Source of the DNA: Squalus acanthias
Lineage: Eukaryota
Direction of reading: 5' to 3'
Length of the DNA: 64,000 nucleotides
NCBI GenBank assembly: GCA_030390025.1
Contig: JASTWF010000037.1
Span: 248,001 to 312,000, forward strand
Below the pieces are notes generated by a model that saw only the letters and a list, made by a program, of their open reading frames with translations, was not told where the DNA came from and did not search any database. Shown piece by piece: positions 12,401 through 24,500 of this stretch. Numbering within the stretch: position 1 is the first letter of the stretch; each line of letters opens with the position of its first letter. The position numbers and the translations under genes were made by a program.

Positions 12401-14307
12401 GGTATCTGGGATGGGTACATGGGGTATAATGGGTATCTGGGATGGGTACACAGGTATAATGGGTATCTGGGACAGGTACACGGGGTATAATGGGTATCTG
12501 GGATGGGTACGCTGGGGTATAATGGGTATCTGGGATGGGTACGTGGGGTATAATGGGTATCTGGGATGGGTACGTGGGTATAATGGGTATCTGGGATGGG
12601 TACACGGGGTATAATGGGTATCTGGGATGGGTACGTGGGGTATAATGGGTATCTGGGACTGGGTACACGGGGTATAATGGGTATCTGGGATGGGTACGCG
12701 GGGTATAATGGGTATCTGGGATGGGTACACTGGGTATAATGGGTATCTGGGATGGATACACAGGGTATAATGGGTATCTGGGACAGGTACACAGGGTATA
12801 ATGGGTATCTGGGATGGGTACATGGGGTATAATGGGTATCTGGGGTGGGTACACGGGGTATAATGGGTATCTGGGACGGGTACATGGGGTATAATGGGTA
12901 TCTGGGGCGGGTACATGGGGTATAATGGGTATCTGGGACAGGTACACAGGGTATAACGGGTATCTGGGACGGGTACATGGGGTATAATGGGTATCTGGGA
13001 TGGGTACATGGGGTATAATGGGTATCGGGGGCGGGTATACGGGGTATAATGGGTATCTGGGATGGGTATACGGGGTATAATGGTATCTGGGATGGGTACA
13101 TGGGGTATAATGGGTATCTGGGACGGGTACACAGGGTATAATGTGTATCTGGGACAGGTACACGGGGTATAATGTGTATCTAAATGGGTACGCGGGGTAT
13201 AATGGGTATCTGGGATGGGTATGTGGGGTATAATGGGTATCTGGGATGGGTACGTGGGGTATAATGGGTATCTGGGATGGGTACACGGGGTATAATGGGT
13301 ATCTGGGATGGGTACATGGGGTATAATGGGTTTCTGGGGCGGGTACACGGGGTATAATGCGTATCTGGGACAGGTACACAGGGTATAATGGGTATCTGGG
13401 ACAGGTACATGGGGTATAATGGGTATCTGGGACTGGGTACATGGGGTATAATGGTATCTGGGACGGGTATATGGGGTATAATGGGTATCTGGGACGGGTA
13501 CACGGGGTATAATGGGTATCTGGGACGGGTACGCGGGGTATAATGGGTATCTGGGATGGGTACATGGGGTATAATGGGTATCTGGGATGGGTACACTGGG
13601 TATAATGGGTATCTGGGATGGGTACACGGGGTATAATGGGTATCTGGGATGGGTACGCAGGGTATAATGCGTATCTGGGATGGGTACACAGGGTATAATG
13701 GGTATCTAAATGGGTACACGGGGTATAATGGGTATCTGGGATGGGTACATGGGGTATAATGGGTATCTGGGACGGGTACACAGGGGATAATGGGTATCTG
13801 GGAGGGTACACGGGGTATAATGGGTATCTGGGATGGGTACGCTGGGTATAATGGGTATCTGGGACGGGTACATGGGGTATAATGGGTATCTGGTGCGGGT
13901 ACATGGGGTATAATTGGTATCTGGCGCTGGTACGTGGGGTATAATTGGTATCTGGGGCGGGTACACGGGGTATAATGGGTATCTGGGGTGGATACACGGG
14001 GTATAATGGGTATCTGGGGCGGGTACACGGGGTATAATGGGTATCTGGGGCGGGTACACGGGGTATAATGGGTATCTGTGGCTGGTACGCGGGGTATAAT
14101 CGGTATCTGGGGCGTGTACACGGGGTATAATGGGTATCTGGGGCGGGTACACAGGGTATAATGGGTATCTGGGGCGGGTACACGGGGTATAATGGGTATC
14201 GGGGACGGGTACATGGGGTATAATGGGTATCCGGGATGGGTACATGGGGTATAATGGGTATCCCCGACTGTTACGCGGGGTATAATGGGTATCTGGGGCG
14301 GGTACAT
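6481..14307. repeat. 31-bp tandem satellite, about 250 units, consensus GGGGTATAATGGGTATCTGGGATGGGTACAC
   Basis: Periodicity is directly visible; starts about 35 nt after the exon donor; contains an internal block duplicated at offset about 2316. Confidence 0.97.
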
Positions 14308-14669
14308 TGAAGTAGATCGGGATTAAGTTAATAGAAATTCAAAAGATTCAGATTGGAACACGGCAGGTTTTGGATCGATTGGGTCTGAGCTCACTGAGGT
14401 GACCTTGCAGGAATAATTGGTAGAACAAAACTGTAGATCAAGTGAGTGCTTTCAAAATGGAGTTGGCAAAAGGGCAGGATAGATGTATAGCATTAAAGAA
14501 AAGGACCAGTTCAAGTTTCACAGTGCCTTGGATAAATAAAGAGGTTGGAAACAAACTGAAATTGAGGAAGAGGCCAAATCGAGCCAATTGTAGGGTCATT
14601 ATAAGAGAAAATGAGACATGAAGGATGGACGTTAAATGAAAGATAAGGAAGCATGGAGGGAGGAGGACA

Positions 14670-15110
14670 CAAGAGCATTAGAATTAGGAGCAGGAGTCGG
14701 TCACACGGCCCCTCGAGCCTGCTCCGCCATTCAATAAGATCATGGCTGATCATCGACTTCAACTCCCCATAACCCTCGATTCCCCCGAAGCCCAAAAATC
14801 TATCGATCCCAGCCTTGAATATACTCACCGATTCAGCATTCACAGCCCTCTGGGGTAGAGAATTGCAAAGATTCACAACCCTCTGAGTGAAAAAATTTCT
14901 CCTCATCTCAGTCTTAAATGGCCGACCCCTTATCCTGAGACTGTGCCCCCTAGTTCTAGACTCTCCAGCCAGGGGAAACAACCTCTCAGCATCTACCCTG
15001 TCAATCCCCCCCTCAGAATCTTATATGTTTCAATGAGATCACCTCTCATTCTTCTCAACTCCAGAGAGTATAGGCCCAATCTACTCAACACTCTCATCCC
15101 AGGGATCAAT
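14670..15110 (-). mobile_element. CR1 LINE 3' end
   Basis: ORF 14511-14981 TRGHSLRIRG..RRNFFTQRVVNL.NSLP. Confidence 0.85.
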
Positions 15111-15199
15111 CTAGGGAGAGAACCTCAAGCCATGTTAAAAAGAACAGTATATTATTCTGCAAATATATCTGTGAAATTAGATTTGTTAATGTGAAGTGG

Positions 15200-16655
15200 G
15201 AAAACAACAACAACTTGAATTTACATAGCGCCTTTAACGTAGTAAAACGTCCCAAGGCGCTTCACAGGAGCGATTATCAGACAAAAATTGACACCGAGTC
15301 ACATAAGGAGATATTAGGACAGGTGACCTGGGTCAAAGAGATAGGTTTTAAGGAGCGTCTTAATGGAGGTAGAGAAGGGGAGAGGTTAAGAGTCATAGAG
15401 TCATAATGACACAGAAGGAGGCCATTCGGCCCATCGAGTCCGTGCCGGCTCTCTGTAGAGCAATCCAGTCAGTCCCATTCCCTCGCTCTATCCCCGTAGC
15501 CCTGCAAGTTTATTTCCCTCAAGTGCCTATCCAGTCTCCCCTTGAAAACATTGAGTGTCTCCACTTCCAGCACTTCCGTCGGCAGCGAGTTCCAGGTCCT
15601 CACCACTCGCTGCGTAAAAAAGTTTTTCCTCACGTCCCCCCTGTATCTCTTGCCCAAAACCTTAAATCTGTTCCCCTAGTCCTTGTACCGTCAACAAGTG
15701 GGAACAGCCTTTCCCCGTCTAGTCTATCCAAACCCGTCATGATCTTGTACACCTCTATCAAATCACCCCTCAACCTCCTTTGCTCTAATGAAAACAAATC
15801 CAGCTTCTCCAACCTGTCCTTGTAGCTAAGATCCCCCATCCCCGGAACCATTCTGGTAAATCTCCTCTGCACCCTCTCAAGTGCCTCCACATCCTTCCTA
15901 AAGTGTGGTGACCAGAACTGGACGCAATACTCCAGTTGTGGCCTAACCAGCGCTTTATAAAGGTTCAGCATAACCTCTCTACTTTTGTACTCAATATCTC
16001 TATTTATGAAGCCCAAGATCCCATATGCTTTGCTAACCACTCTCTCTCAATATGTCCTGCCACCTTCAGGGACCTATACACATTAACTCCCAGGTCCCTC
16101 TGTCCCTGCACACTCTTTAAAACTGTGCCATTAAGTGTATATTGCCTCTCCCTGTTCCTTCTGCCAAGATGCATCACCAGGAAGGGAATTCCAGAGTTCA
16201 GGGCCCTCAGCAGCTGAAGGCACGGCCGCCAATGGTGGGGCGATGGAAATCAGGGATGCACAAGAGGCCAGAATTAGAGGAGCGCAGAGATCTCGGAGGG
16301 TTGTAGGGCTGGAGGAGGTTCCAGAGATAGGGAGGGTGCGAGGCTATGGGTGGATTTGAAAACAAGAATAAGAATTTTAAAATCGAGGCGTTGCTGGATT
16401 GGGAGCCAATGTAGGTCAGCGAGCACAATGGTGATGCATGAACGGGACTTGGCTCGTTTATGGAGGGTGGAAGATGGGAGGCCGGCCAAGAGAGCATTGG
16501 AATAGTCAAGTCTAGAGGTAACAAAGGCCTGGATGAGGGTTTCAGAAACCGATGAGCAGAGGCAGGGGCGGAGTCAGGCGATGTTACGGAGGTGGAAGTA
16601 GGCAGTGTTGGTGACGGAATGGATGTGTAGTCAGCAGCTCAGCTCGGGGTCAAAT
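15200..16655 (-). mobile_element. L2 LINE 3' portion with nested CR1 fragment (15392-16177)
   Basis: L2 tail (AAC)n and L2 peptide LHWLPI.QR.DFKI on both sides; the CR1 ORF 15630-16040 YKALVRPQLEYCVQFWSP lies between them and belongs to the same family as 42338-42816. Confidence 0.85.
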
Positions 16656-16659
16656 ATTT

Positions 16660-16830
16660 TGAACTTTCCCCCCTCTCCCTGCCCCCTGCACTTGCTTAAA
16701 AACCTGTTCCATCTCCAACTGTTTCCAGTTCTGACGAAGGGTCATCGACCTGAAACGTTAACTCTGTTTCTCTCTCCCCGCAGATGCTGCCTGACCTGCT
16801 GAGTATCTCCAGCATTTTCTGTTTTTATTC
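16660..16830 (+). mobile_element. Penelope-like element terminal fragment
   Basis: Matches the reverse complement of the end of the GIY-YIG-bearing element at 50060-50878, including the hammerhead motif. Confidence 0.75.
16727..16763 (+). ncRNA. Minimal type I hammerhead ribozyme motif (Penelope-associated, family A)
   Basis: AGTT-CTGACGA-A-GGGTC-ATC-GACCT-GAAA-CG-TT-AACT: intact CUGANGA/GAAA core, stem I AGUU/AACU, stem II GGGUC/GACCU, palindromic stem III ACGU. Confidence 0.75.
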
Positions 16831-16839
16831 CATCTAACA

Positions 16840-18140
16840 TTGCTTCGTGTTACCTGCAGACTCGATTGTCCCACCGCTCTCTTGGTTGGCCTTCCACCCT
16901 CCACAAACTGGAGCTCACCTCAAACCCTGCTGCCCCGTGTCCTAAATCGCACCAATATCTGTTCACCCTTCAACCCTGTGCTCGCTGACGGACATTGGCT
17001 CCCGGTCTGTCAACGCCTCGATTTTAACGCACCCATCCTTATGTTCAAATCCCTCCATGGCTTCCCATCTCTTTAACTTCCTCCAGCCCAAAAAACCCTC
17101 TGAGATCGATGAGTTCCTCCAATTCTGCACTTTTGCATCCCCGCCACCCCCCCCCACCCCCCCACCGATTTCTATTGCCCCACCCTTAGCGGCTGCCTGG
17201 GCCCTGAGCTCTGGAATTCCCCCCCTAAACCTCTCCGCCTCTCTCTCCTCCTTTAAGAGCCTCCTTAAAACCCACAAGTTTTCGAACAGTCTGGCTCAGC
17301 CTCAGTCAGTGGCCCGGGAGAGGGGGGTGGAGTCGGTGGCTAGGGAACAGTGTTTGTGGCAGGGACCGAAGGCAATGGCTTCGGTCTTCCCAATATTTCA
17401 CTGGAGGAAGTTTCTGCTCATCCAGTGCTGGATGTCAGACAAGTTAGAGACAGCGGAGGGGTCGAGAGAGGTGGTGGTGAGGTAGAGCTGGGTGTCATTA
17501 GTGTATATGTGGAACCTGATGTGTTTTCGGATGGTGTCGCTGAGGGGCAGCATTTAGATGAGAAATAGGAGGAGGCCAAGGTTTGATCCTTGGGGGACTC
17601 CAGAGATAACGGTGCGGGAGCGGGAAGAGAAGCCATTGCAGGTGATACTCTGACTACGACTGGATAAGAATGGAACCAGGCGAGGGCAGTCCCACCCAGC
17701 TGGACATCCGAGGGGAGGTGTTGGTGGAGGATGGTATGGTCAACCGTTTCAAAGGCTGCAGACAGGTCGAGGATGGATAGTTTACAGTCACATAGGATAT
17801 AATTTGTGACTTTGATAAGGGTCGTGCTATGGCAGGGGCGGAAACCTGATTAGGGGGGTTCAAACATGGAGAGGAGTTCCGGGAAAGATGGGCACGGCTT
17901 TGGGAAGCGACAACGCGTTCAAGGACTTTGGAGAGGAAAGGGAGGTTGGAGATAGGGCAGTAGTTTGCAAGGACAGAGGGGTCAAGGGTGTGTTTTTTGA
18001 GGGATGGGAGGTGATGATGGCAGATTTGAAAGGGAGGGGTACAGTGCCTGAGACAAGGGAACCATTAACAATATCAGCTAACATGGGGGCCAGGACGGGA
18101 AGTCTGGTGGTTAGTAGTTTGGTGGGAATAGGGTCGAGGT
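16840..18140. mobile_element. L2 LINE fragments in opposite orientations (16840-17280 +, 17280-18140 -)
   Basis: HWLPV.QRLDF...FKSLHG on +; IVN.SL.SGTVP..FKSAII (RT region) on -. Confidence 0.75.
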
Positions 18141-18534
18141 TAGTTCGTAGAGGGTAAGCAGAAATTGGAAATAATACAGGTAGGTTATATCAGTGTGTAC
18201 AGAAGAGAAGGGTAGAGCTGTCAATCAAAGTGACAACCCTACAGTGAGAGCTTACCCTCTTAACGCGAGAGCATGAGGCTCCCACGCACCTGCTCAGCTA
18301 AGACCCCTGCTGTGTGCACGGAATGGGCTCTCGGGTGCCGGGGGGGCGGGGGGGGCGGCGTCACGAGAGAAGCCTATTCCTCATAAGAGCCTTAGATGAT
18401 CCTAATGATCCTTCCCATGAATAACACTCCGAATCTAACAGTGCAGAAATACGATGCTAAAAAAAATTCAACACAAGGGGAAATGCGATCTGCCACAAGC
18501 ATTTTATTGAGTCATTGTCTTCTTTCTCCAACAG

Positions 18535-18664
18535 GGATTCTTTTCGCTCTGAAAGTGATCAACAACGGTCATAGCGCTGATGGAAATATTCCGGGTCCGT
18601 TTCAAATCAAAAAACGAGACGCCTGCTGGGCAGAACTTATCCTTATTCACTTGCTCTCCCCAAG
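18535..18664 (+). CDS. RHBDD1: RHBDD1-like rhomboid protease, second coding exon
   Basis: Acceptor tcttctttctccaacag|GG completes Gly of GFSG; reads ILFALKVINNGH...ACWAELILIHLLSP (human from memory: VLFALKVLNNH...ACWVELVAIHLFSP); donor CCAAG|gtaaag, phase 2. Confidence 0.92.
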
Positions 18665-18927
18665 GTAAAGTATTCCCCGCCCCTCCACCGACACTGCTAC
18701 GGGAACAGGGTGTGTGTTACGAGAGTATGGAGTGGGTGGGGTTAATCATGCCCTATTTGGTGCAGAGCATGTGAGAAGAACATCAGGACTCAACGCGCCA
18801 GTGAGTCATTACCCGGGCTAGCCAATCTGCTGTTTGGCCCCCTTGCTTGTTACAAATTAGTTAAATTATGGCCTGTTGTGTACAGTGAAACTTGTACCCA
18901 CCTGGCACTGTGCAGGAATTTCCATTC

Positions 18928-19100
18928 TCGGGATGTGGGCGTCGCTGGTGAGGCGGGCATTTATTGCCCATCACTCATTGCCCTTGAGAAGACATCCTTC
19001 TTGAACCACGACAGTCCCGTCTGGCGAAGGTACACCCACCATGCTGTTAAGGAGGGAGTCCCAAGATTTTGACCCAGCGACGATGAAGGAACAGCGAATT
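18928..19100 (-). mobile_element. 3' end of a non-LTR retroelement, same family as 47905-49196
   Basis: GGGATGTGGGCGTCGCTGG...CATTTATTGCCCATC shared with copies near 39790, 40810, 47910, 57450 and 63555. Confidence 0.7.
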
Positions 19101-19159
19101 TTGAAGGGGGAGCATTTTCAGGGCAATGGGGAGAGGGCAGGGGAGTCAAACTAATAGAA

Positions 19160-19629
19160 AGAAAGACAGACTTTCATTTATACAGCAACTTTCATAACCG
19201 CCGGACATCCCAAAGCGCTTTACAGCCAGTTTACGTTTGAAGTGTAGTCACTGTTGTTAAGAAGGAAACAACAGCAACCAATGTGCGCACAGCAAGCTCC
19301 CACAAACAGCAATGTGATGATGACCAGATAATCTGTTTTTTCAGTGATCTTGGTTGAGGGATAAATATTGGCCCCAGGACTCCCCTGCTCTTCTTTGAAA
19401 TAGTGGCCGTGGGATCTTCTACATCCACCTGAGAGGGCAGACGGGGCCCTCGGTTTAACGTCTCATCCGAAAGATGGCACCTCCCGACAGCGCGGCGCTC
19501 CCTCAGCATTGGCACTGGGAGTGTCGGCCTGGATTATGGGCTCAAGTCTCTGGAGTGGGACCCGAACCCACAACCTTCTGATTCAGAGGCAAGAGAGAGA
19601 GAGTGCGACCCACTGAGCCAGGGCTGCAC
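19160..19629 (-). mobile_element. DeuSINE (SacSINE1-like)
   Basis: tRNA-like head, core CCACCTGAGAGGGCAGACGGGGCCTCGGTTTAACGTCTCATCCGAAAGA, AGCAAGCTCCCACAAACAGCAATG and (GAAA)n tail. Confidence 0.85.
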
Positions 19630-19732
19630 TTGTCCTTCTAGGTATGATGTGGAGATGCCGGTGTTGGACTGGGGTGGACAAATGTGAGAAGTCGGACAAC
19701 ACCAGGTTATAGTCCAACAGCTTTATTTGAAA

Positions 19733-19769
19733 TCACAAGCTTTCGGAGCGCTGCTCCTTCGTCAGGTGA
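19733..19769 (-). ncRNA. Minimal type I hammerhead ribozyme motif (family B)
   Basis: Exact reverse complement of 20032-20068. Confidence 0.75.
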
Positions 19770-20031
19770 AGTGAAGAGATGCATATAGGCACAGCATATA
19801 TAGTCAGAGAACACTGCCAGATGATTACAGTTAATCTTTCTAACTGCCCTTTATCACACCTCGGCAGAGAGATAATCACGGCAATCAAAGGTGTGGATGG
19901 TGTCCAAACAGGTCAGTCAGGAAAACATTACATCAAAGACAAGATTAACTGTAATCATCTGGCAGTGTTCTCTGACTATATATGCTGTGTTCTCTGACTA
20001 TATATGCTGTGCCTATATGCATCTCTTCACT

Positions 20032-20068
20032 TCACCTGACGAAGGAGCAGCGCTCCGAAAGCTTGTGA
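20032..20068 (+). ncRNA. Minimal type I hammerhead ribozyme motif (family B)
   Basis: TCAC-CTGACGA-A-GGAGC-AGC-GCTCC-GAAA-GC-TT-GTGA: core intact, stem I UCAC/GUGA, stem II GGAGC/GCUCC, palindromic stem III AGCU. Confidence 0.78.
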
Positions 20069-20894
20069 TTTCAAATAAAGCTGTTGGACTATAACCTGGT
20101 GTTGTGCGACTTCTCACATTTGTCCTTCTAGGTGGCGGAGGTCGCGGGCTTGGGTCGGGCTCTTGCGGTCCCGGCACAGTGGCTGCACCAGATGCCGGGG
20201 TGTGCAAGGACGCTGGGCAAACTTACTATGCCACACAAGAACCTGATACGTTTATATATGTACCGCACTCCCCACCACTTGCACCATCTCCGCTTGTCCC
20301 GGAGGGCCGTCTATTTCGGGCAAATGGTACTAACCGTTTTCCATTACCACAGACGTCAATGACAAAGGGGGCCGCTTAAACCGGAGTAAGCGAGCCGCCA
20401 ATCGCAGGCAGTTTCATGGTGTGGGCGGGGGGGGGGTGGTCGGGTCACCCTCTGTATGTCCCCTCCTTTGCTGTTCGCCCCGTTTAATCATTGTGAATCA
20501 CCGCCTTATTAAGTATTAATTTCTGAATGGGATTCATTAATGAGTGCAGCAGTTCAGGAACGTTGAAGCTGACAAGGGCAGTTTCAATCTTAAGATTTAA
20601 AGTGGTCGCACTGAGTGGAATTAAGTCCGTGTAGTCTGCACTGGTATAAATACGGCGCAGCTTGGAGATACATTAGCAACAGAATTGCAATCAGATCTGT
20701 TTAGGTCTTTTAGAGGGCATCACTATTGGACATTGTGATTTTTAATTTTATTAGTATTACCCCGTTATTCCGGCCATCGTGTAGAGCAGGCAAATCGCTA
20801 CTTATATATAGAAATCAAAATACATTTTTGTGCTTATCAAGGTGAGGGATGTTAAAACTAGAATTAGGAGCACGTCTCCATTTCACACACCCAG

Positions 20895-21562
20895 TGTCAG
20901 CATCAAACACTCCCAGGGCAGGTACAGCACGGGTTAGATACAGAGTAAAGCTCCCTCTACACTGTCCCATCAAACACTCCCAGGGCAGGTACAGCACGGG
21001 TTAGATACAGAGTAAAGCGCCCTCTACACTGTCCCATCAAACACTCCCAGGGCAGGTACAGCACGGGTTAGATACAGAGTAAAGCTCCCTCTACACTGTC
21101 CCATCAAACACTCCCAGGGCAGGTACAGCACGGGTTAGATACAGAGTAAAGCTCCCTCTACACTGTCCCATCAAACACTCCCAGGGCAGGTACAGCACGG
21201 GTTAGATACAGAGTAAAGCTCCCTCTACACTGTCCCATCAAACACTCCCAGGGCAGGCATAGCTCGGGTTAGATACAGAGTAAAGCTACCTCTACACTGT
21301 CCCATCAAACACTCCCAGGGCAGGTACAGCATGGGTTAGATACAGAGTAAAGCTCCCTCTCCACTGTCCCATCAAACACTCCCAGGGCAGGTATAGCACG
21401 GGTTAGATACAGAGTAAAGCTCCCTCTCCACTGTCCCATCAAACACTCCCAGGGCAGGGGCAGCACGGGTTAGATACAGAGTAAAGCTCCCTCTACACTG
21501 TCCCATCAAACACTCCCAGGGCAGGTACAGAGTAAAGCTCCCTCTACACTGTCCCATCAAAC
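20895..21562. repeat. 67-bp tandem satellite (CATCAAACACTCCCAGGGCAGGTACAGCACGGGTTAGATACAGAGTAAAGCTCCCTCTACACTGTCC), about 10 units
   Basis: Unit starts at 20901 and 20968. Confidence 0.97.
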
Positions 21563-24500
21563 AACTCCAGCCTATCCAATCTTTCCTCATAGCTAAAATT
21601 CCCCAGCCCAGGCAACATCCTCGTAAATCTCCTCTGCACCCTCTCTAGTGCAAACACATCCTTCCTGTAATGCGGTGACCAGAACTGTACGCAGTATTCT
21701 AGCTGAGGCCTAACTAGTGTTTTATACAGTTCAAGCATAACCTCCCTGCTCTTATGTTCTATGCCTCGGCTAATAAAGGCAAGTACCCTTTCTTTGCCTT
21801 CTTATCGATGTTGCCGACCTGGCCTGCTACCTTCAGGGATCTGTGGACATGCACTCCAAGGTCCCTCTGATCCTCTGCACTTCTCAGTGTCCTACCATTT
21901 TTGTGTATTCCCTTGCCTTGTTAGCCCTCCCTAAATGCATTACCTCACACTTCTCTGGATTGAATTCCATTAGCCACTGTTCCGCCCACCTGACCAGTCC
22001 ATTGACATCTTCCTGCAGTCTGCAGCTTTCTTCTTCATTGTCCACCACATGGCCAATTTTTGTATCATCTGCAAACTTCTTAAAGAAAGAAAGACTTGCA
22101 TTTATATAGCGCCTTTCACAATCACCGGACATCTCAAAGCGCTTTACAGCCAATGAAGTACTTTTGAAGTGTAGTCACTGTTGTAATGTGGGAAACGCGG
22201 CAGCCAATTTACACACAGCAAGCTCCCCCAAACAGCAATGTGAAAATGACCAGATAATCTGTTTTTAGTGATGTTGATTGAGGGATAAATATTGGCCAGG
22301 ACACCGGGGATAACTCCCCTGCTCTTCTTCGAAATAGTGCCGAGGGATATTTTACGTCCACCTGAGAGGGCAGACGGGGCCTCGGTTTCACGCCTCATCC
22401 AAAAGACGCCACCTCCGACAGTGCGGCGCTCCCTCAGCACTGCACTGGAGTGTCAGCCTAGATTTTTGTGCTCAAGTCCCTGGAGTGGGACTTGAACCCA
22501 CAACCTTCTGACTTCAGAGGCGAGGGTGCTACCCACTGAGCCACAGCTGACATACTTAATCATACTTCCTACATTCAAGTCTAAATCATTGATATATACC
22601 AGAAAAAGCAAAGGACCCAGTACTGAGCCCTGCAGAACCCCACTGGAAACAGCCTTCCAGTCACAAAAACACACTTCGACCATTACCCTTTGTTTCCTGC
22701 CTCTGAGCCAATTTTGGATCCAACTTGCCACTTTGCCTTGGATCCCATGGGCTTTTACTTTCATGACCAGTCTGCCATGCGGGACTTGATCAAAAGCCTT
22801 GCTAAAATCCATATAGACTACATCAAACCCACTACCCTCATCGACCCTCCTTGTTAACTCCTCAAAAAATTCAATCAAGTTAGTCAGACACGACCTTCCC
22901 TTGACAAATCCATGATGTCTGTCCCAGATTAATCCGTGTCTCTCAAAATTAAGATTTATCCTGTCCCTCAGAATTTTTTCCACTAGTTTTCCCACCACTG
23001 AGGTTAGGCTGACTGGCCTGTAATTACTCGGTCTATTTCTTTCTCTCTTTTTAAACAACGGTACCACATTAGCAGTCCTCCAGTCCTCCGGCACCACACC
23101 TGTAGCCAGAGAGGATTGGAATATGATGGTCAGAGCCTCTGCTATTTCCTCTCTTACTTCTCTTAGCAGTCTGGTATACATTTCATCCGGGCCTGGGGAT
23201 TTATCCACTTTCAAAGATGCTAAACCCCTTAATACTTCCTCTTCCACTATGTTTATTTCATGTAATATTTCACACTCCTCCTCCCTTATTACAATGTCTG
23301 CATTGTCCCTCTCTGTTGTGAAAACAGACGCAAAGTATTCATTAAGAACCATACCCATGTCTTCCGCCTCCACACACAGGTTACCTTTATGGTCCCTAAT
23401 AGGCCCTACTCTTACTTTAGTGATCCTCTTGCTCTTAATGTATTTATAAAACATCTTTGGGTTTTCCTTGATTTTACTTGCCAATATTTTTTCATGCCCT
23501 CGCTTTGCTTTCCTAATTTCCTTTTTTAATTTCACCCCTGCACTTTCTATACTCCTCTAGGGTTTCTGCAGTATTGAGCCCTCGGTATCTGTCATAAGCT
23601 TCCTTTTTTTTCTTTATTCTTTTCTTTATCCTTCCCTGTATGCCCCTTGACATCCAGTTTTGTTAGTCCCACCCTTTTTCTTTAAGGGAATGCACTTGCT
23701 CTGAACCCTCTATCTCCTCCTTGAATGCCTCCCACTGCTCTGACACTGATTTACCTTCAAGTTTCTGTCACCAGTCCACTTTGGCTAAATCACATCTCAG
23801 CTTAGTAAAATTAGCTTTTCCCCAATTGAGAACTTTTATTCCTGGTCTATCCTTGCCCTTTTCCATAACTACCCTAAATCTAACTGAATTATGATCAATA
23901 CCACCAATATGCTCTCCCACTGATACCCCTTCCACCTGCCCAGCTTCATTCCCTAAAACAAGGTCCAGAACCACGCCCCCTCTCTTGTTGGGCTTGCTAC
24001 GTACTGGCTAAAAAAGTTCTCCTGAATACATTTTAAGAATTCTGCTCCCTCTATACCTTTCACACTAATTTTATCGCAGTTTATATTAGGGTAGTTGAAA
24101 TCCCCAACTATTACTGCCCTATTTTTGCACGCCTCAGAAATGTGCCTACATATTTGCTCTTCTATCTCCCTCTGACTGTTTGGGGGTCTATAGTACACTC
24201 CCAGCAGTGTGATCACCCCTTTTTTGTTTTTCAGTTCAACCCATATGGTCTTGTTGGATGATCATCCCTCCTCACAGCTGCAATTGTTTCTTTAATCAAT
24301 ATTACGACCCCCCCTCCTTTTTTATCCCCCTCTCTATCTCGTCTAAATACTGTAACCAGGAATGTTGAGCTGCCATTCCTACCCTTCTTTCAGCCATGTC
24401 TCAGTAATAGCTATAATATCATATTCCCACGTGTCTATCTGTGCCCTCAGCTCATCTGCTTTATTCCCTAGACTTCTTGCGTTGAAGTATATACCATTTA

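Larger units (their letters stand above)
19644..20125. mobile_element. Penelope-like element insertion with inverted terminal repeats and 14-bp target-site duplication
   Basis: Arms 19676-19838 and 19941-20125 are reverse complements (one mismatch, one 22-bp tandem duplication); 32-nt tail at 19644-19675 on one side only; TTGTCCTTCTAGGT repeated at 19630-19643 and 20120-20133. Confidence 0.85.

Noticed and set aside
6726..14307. Very long Pro/Tyr-rich minus-strand ORFs (up to 1148 aa) resembling extensin or adhesive proteins
   Set aside because: The C-rich strand of the 31-bp unit has no stop codon in any frame; all three frames give the same 31-aa cycle and indels are frequent.
6481..14307. 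TATAAT in every unit as a bacterial -10 box
   Set aside because: Vertebrate intron context; no -35 element or bacterial genes.
20104..20379. ORF after the acceptor-like TTGTCCTTCTAG as an alternative rhomboid exon
   Set aside because: The acceptor is the Penelope target-site duplication inside an old LINE remnant; the peptide has no homology and using it would remove the catalytic His.
20480..20810. AT-rich unique segment with TAAT motifs as a conserved enhancer
   Set aside because: Only compositional impression; needs cross-species alignment.
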